Below, one piece after another: positions 61,981-64,000 of a stretch of 64,000 nucleotides of DNA. The stretch is from Actinomycetes bacterium. GTDB lineage: Bacteria > Actinomycetota > Actinomycetes > Prado026. Below the pieces are notes generated by a model, which saw nothing but the letters and a program-made list of their open reading frames with translations, had not been told where the DNA came from and did no database searches. The DNA lies in assembly GCA_038210415.1 (NCBI GenBank), contig JBBQWS010000001.1:11200-75199 (forward strand), given 5' to 3'. Every line of letters begins with the position of its first letter. Within the stretch, counting starts at the first letter, position 1. A program made the translations under genes and the position numbers.

Positions 61981-62724
61981 ATGCGCGCTGATCCTCGTCA
62001 CCGACGTCGAGTGGTCCGATCGCGCCGTTCGCGGTTGCTGATCGTGGTGTGCGCACCACTGGTCGCCTTGGTTCCGTTGTCCGCGTCGGCGGCGTTGCAC
62101 CGTGCGTCCCCGGCCGCGTCCCGACCTGCGCCATCGTTGTCGGTCGCCCATCCGCACGGCTTGGCCGCCACGCCACGGCTGATGTGGTCGCGGTCGTTCA
62201 CACCGGCGGCGACCCTGCTGATCAAGGGGCGCTCCGCCGGGTTCGTCGCCCTCCCGTACAGCTATCGCACCCTGGCCGGGCAGGAAGCAATCGCGACTGC
62301 GACGTTCCGCACCAACTGGGTGAACGTCAGGGCATTGTGGGATGGCCCGAACATCTCCCAGCAGGGCGTGTCGATCCACCCCCCGCAGTTCAAGCTTCAG
62401 ATCGCGCACGGCGCGACACCGTCGTCGCATCGCGGTGACTGCCACATCGCTGGTGCGACCGGCCACGTCCTCGCGTACGGTCCGCCGATCAACGTGGCCG
62501 ACGGCAGGTGGCACACCATCACATGCATCAAGTACCCGGACACCGCTTCCGGGACGAGGGTGCTGGTGATCGTCGACGGGGTGGCGGGGTCGCCGAAGAC
62601 GAGCCGGACGCCGATCGGGGACATCTGTCCCACCGGCGCGGTGCGCCTTGGCGGGCGTTCAGCGTCGACGAGCACCGACTCTCTCGACGGATGGATCAGC
62701 GCGCTGCGCTTCTCGCTTCGGTAG
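61981..62724 (+). CDS. Secreted LamG/concanavalin-A-like domain protein (tentative)
   Basis: Arg-rich N-terminus plus a hydrophobic signal (RRSRLLIVVCAPLVALVPLSASAA). DGRWHTITCIK...VIVDG...DGWISALRF resembles Laminin_G_3. Confidence 0.5.
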   Translation: MRADPRHRRRVVRSRRSRLLIVVCAPLVALVPLSASAALHRASPAASRPAPSLSVAHPHGLAATPRLMWSRSFTPAATLLIKGRSAGFVALPYSYRTLAGQEAIATATFRTNWVNVRALWDGPNISQQGVSIHPPQFKLQIAHGATPSSHRGDCHIAGATGHVLAYGPPINVADGRWHTITCIKYPDTASGTRVLVIVDGVAGSPKTSRTPIGDICPTGAVRLGGRSASTSTDSLDGWISALRFSLR

Positions 62725-62819
62725 CCCTTGCGGTCTCTCGTCTGCGCGGCGGGCGCCAGACAGGTAGGCACTCGGCGCGCTGCGATTGGTGGCGCAGGCG
62801 CCCTCTTCGCGGCAGAAGC

Positions 62820-63029
62820 GTGCGGTTAAGCGTCCCTGCTGAGGACCTCAGCCTGCTCGACGAGCAGGCTGCGCGCCTTGGCATCTCCCGCACCGAGTAC
62901 CCGCGCCGCCACCTGCATCGTGAGGCCTGCCGAACAGCCGGGTCCGTCACGGCGGGTGACCTGCGTTCAGTTGCTGAGCTCTTGCCAGACCCCGGCGACG
63001 ACAAGATCATGCCTGACGCCACGTCATGA
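62820..63029 (+). CDS. vapB: Ribbon-helix-helix antitoxin (VapB/CopG-like)
   Basis: [27 protein letters not shown] is a typical RHH N-terminus. ATGA overlap with the downstream PIN gene. The start at GTG 62820 is uncertain. Confidence 0.65.
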   Translation: MRLSVPAEDLSLLDEQAARLGISRTEYPRRHLHREACRTAGSVTAGDLRSVAELLPDPGDDKIMPDATS

Positions 63030-63434
63030 TCACGTCCTGGCTGATCGACAAGTCCGCGCTCGTTCGATTGGGTTCGAGCCCCGATGCTGACGCGTGGGCC
63101 GACCGGATCGAGCGCGGACTCGTGCCGATCAGCACGGTGACCCTGCTTGAGGCGGGTTTCTCCGCGCGGTCCGCCGTCGAGCTAGCTCGGGCACGCGTCA
63201 CCGCCGTTGGCGGCGATGCCGGTCGAGTACCTCACCCCCGCGGTTGAGGACCGTGCCGTGGAGGTGCAACGACTCTTGGCCGAGCGCGGGCATCTTCGCG
63301 CCCCGTCGATCCCCGATCGCCTGATCGCCGCCACAGCCGAACTGAATCAACGCGCCGTTCTCCACCTCGACAAGGACTTCGACCTCATCGGAGAACTTGC
63401 GGGGCAGCCCATGGAACGCCTCCTTGTCGAATGA
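63026..63434 (+). pseudogene. vapC: PIN-domain toxin VapC, split by a frameshift near 63186-63206
   Basis: ORF 63026..63247 carries the N-terminal half ([12 protein letters not shown]...TLLEAG). ORF 63207..63434, in another frame, carries the C-terminal half ([14 protein letters not shown]...LHLDKDFD). Together they give ~135 aa with all four PIN acidic residues. Confidence 0.7.
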
Positions 63435-63594
63435 CCAGCCGGCTTCCGTGGCAGCAGCGGGGGTGCGTGGCTTAGGCGAACGAGTCGTTGAGACCAAGGT
63501 CGCCGGAGCCCTTGCCGCCTGGCGTGCGCCCCTAGTCCAAGGATGCGGCAATGCTTAGAGTGGACGAGCCGCGGTCGACATCTGTGAGGTGTAC

Positions 63595-64000
63595 GTGAAG
63601 CGCCTTCTGTTGGCAGTGCTCGCGTTCGGCACGATGCTGCTTGGCCCTGCCATTCCGGCTCAGGCGGCCCTGCCGACCGGCTGTACCGTCAACGCGGGCA
63701 AGATCCTGGCCAGCACATCCACGGCCAACCGGGCTGTTGACATCCGATACCCCGGGATCACCTGTACCGCGGTCCACTACGTGATCGCCACCCACACATC
63801 GCTGTACTCGTTGACCGGGACCACCTGGGTCACCGTCGCGAGCGTGGCCTATTCCCAGGCAGTCTTCTCGGTGTCTTCCATGAGTGGGGCGTCGTTCCAC
63901 GTCTCCTGCCCGCACAAGACGCGGGTCCAAGCGAGGATCTCCTACGGGGTTCGCGACAGCAGTACAGGGATGTGGTGGAGCGTGCGTTACTTGACCCCGA
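63595..64000 (+). CDS. Secreted hypothetical protein, 3'-truncated by the window edge
   Basis: GTG lies 6 nt after GAGG. Signal peptide VKRLLLAVLAFGTMLLGPAIPAQAA. The frame stays open to the window end with GC-rich third positions and several Cys. It is absent from the track because no stop falls inside the window. Confidence 0.6.
   Translation, partial: MKRLLLAVLAFGTMLLGPAIPAQAALPTGCTVNAGKILASTSTANRAVDIRYPGITCTAVHYVIATHTSLYSLTGTTWVTVASVAYSQAVFSVSSMSGASFHVSCPHKTRVQARISYGVRDSSTGMWWSVRYLTP

Noticed and set aside
63198-63551. 117-aa minus-strand ORF over vapC
   Set aside because: It is antisense to the PIN-domain halves and has no motif.
63532-63930. 132-aa minus-strand ORF near the window end
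   Set aside because: The plus strand here has an RBS, a GTG, a textbook signal peptide and an open frame to the window edge. The minus-strand ORF is its shadow.

Overview
This is a very GC-rich actinobacterial chromosomal segment. I saw no rRNA, CRISPR array, transposase or integrase. I call about 65 protein genes and 2 tRNAs. All product names come from reading motifs in the supplied translations; no homology search was run.

Backbone. The gene order follows the conserved actinobacterial housekeeping block, parallel to M. tuberculosis Rv3012c to Rv2921c: gatCAB, ppc, ilvD, ilvB (with leader peptide)-ilvN-ilvC, serA, leuB, ilvE, cimA, gltX + tRNA-Gln + tRNA-Glu, IclR-type regulator/leuCD, hupB, cofC, plsC-gpsA, ddl, thiL, rpmB, DAK2-recG-rsmD-coaD, yceD-rpmF-rnc-fpg, smc, ftsY.

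The points of interest are where this backbone is interrupted or decorated:
1. Six-gene operon-like cluster between smc and ftsY (55012-59329). It encodes two small exported paralogues that share an identical C-terminal PPTHTTTGASGA tail, an ApbE FMN transferase, a bis-haem ferric-reductase-like membrane protein, a NuoF-like flavo/Fe-S protein and a ferredoxin. I read it as a putative, uncharacterised flavinylation-dependent transmembrane electron-transfer module. A convergent glutaredoxin-like/TrxR fusion lies next to it.
2. A 1532-aa secreted beta-propeller/Ig-like/NHL protein inserted between ilvC and serA.
3. Two copies of a structured palindromic intergenic element, with compensatory changes between the copies.
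4. An fpg-acylphosphatase single ORF.
5. An unannotated ilvB leader-peptide attenuator, and GTCTCG/CGAGAC palindromes in front of leu/ilv genes.
6. An accessory tail after ftsY carrying a LamG-like protein, vapB, a frameshifted vapC and a secreted Cys-containing protein.

Most long antisense ORFs in the track are GC-rich shadow frames.
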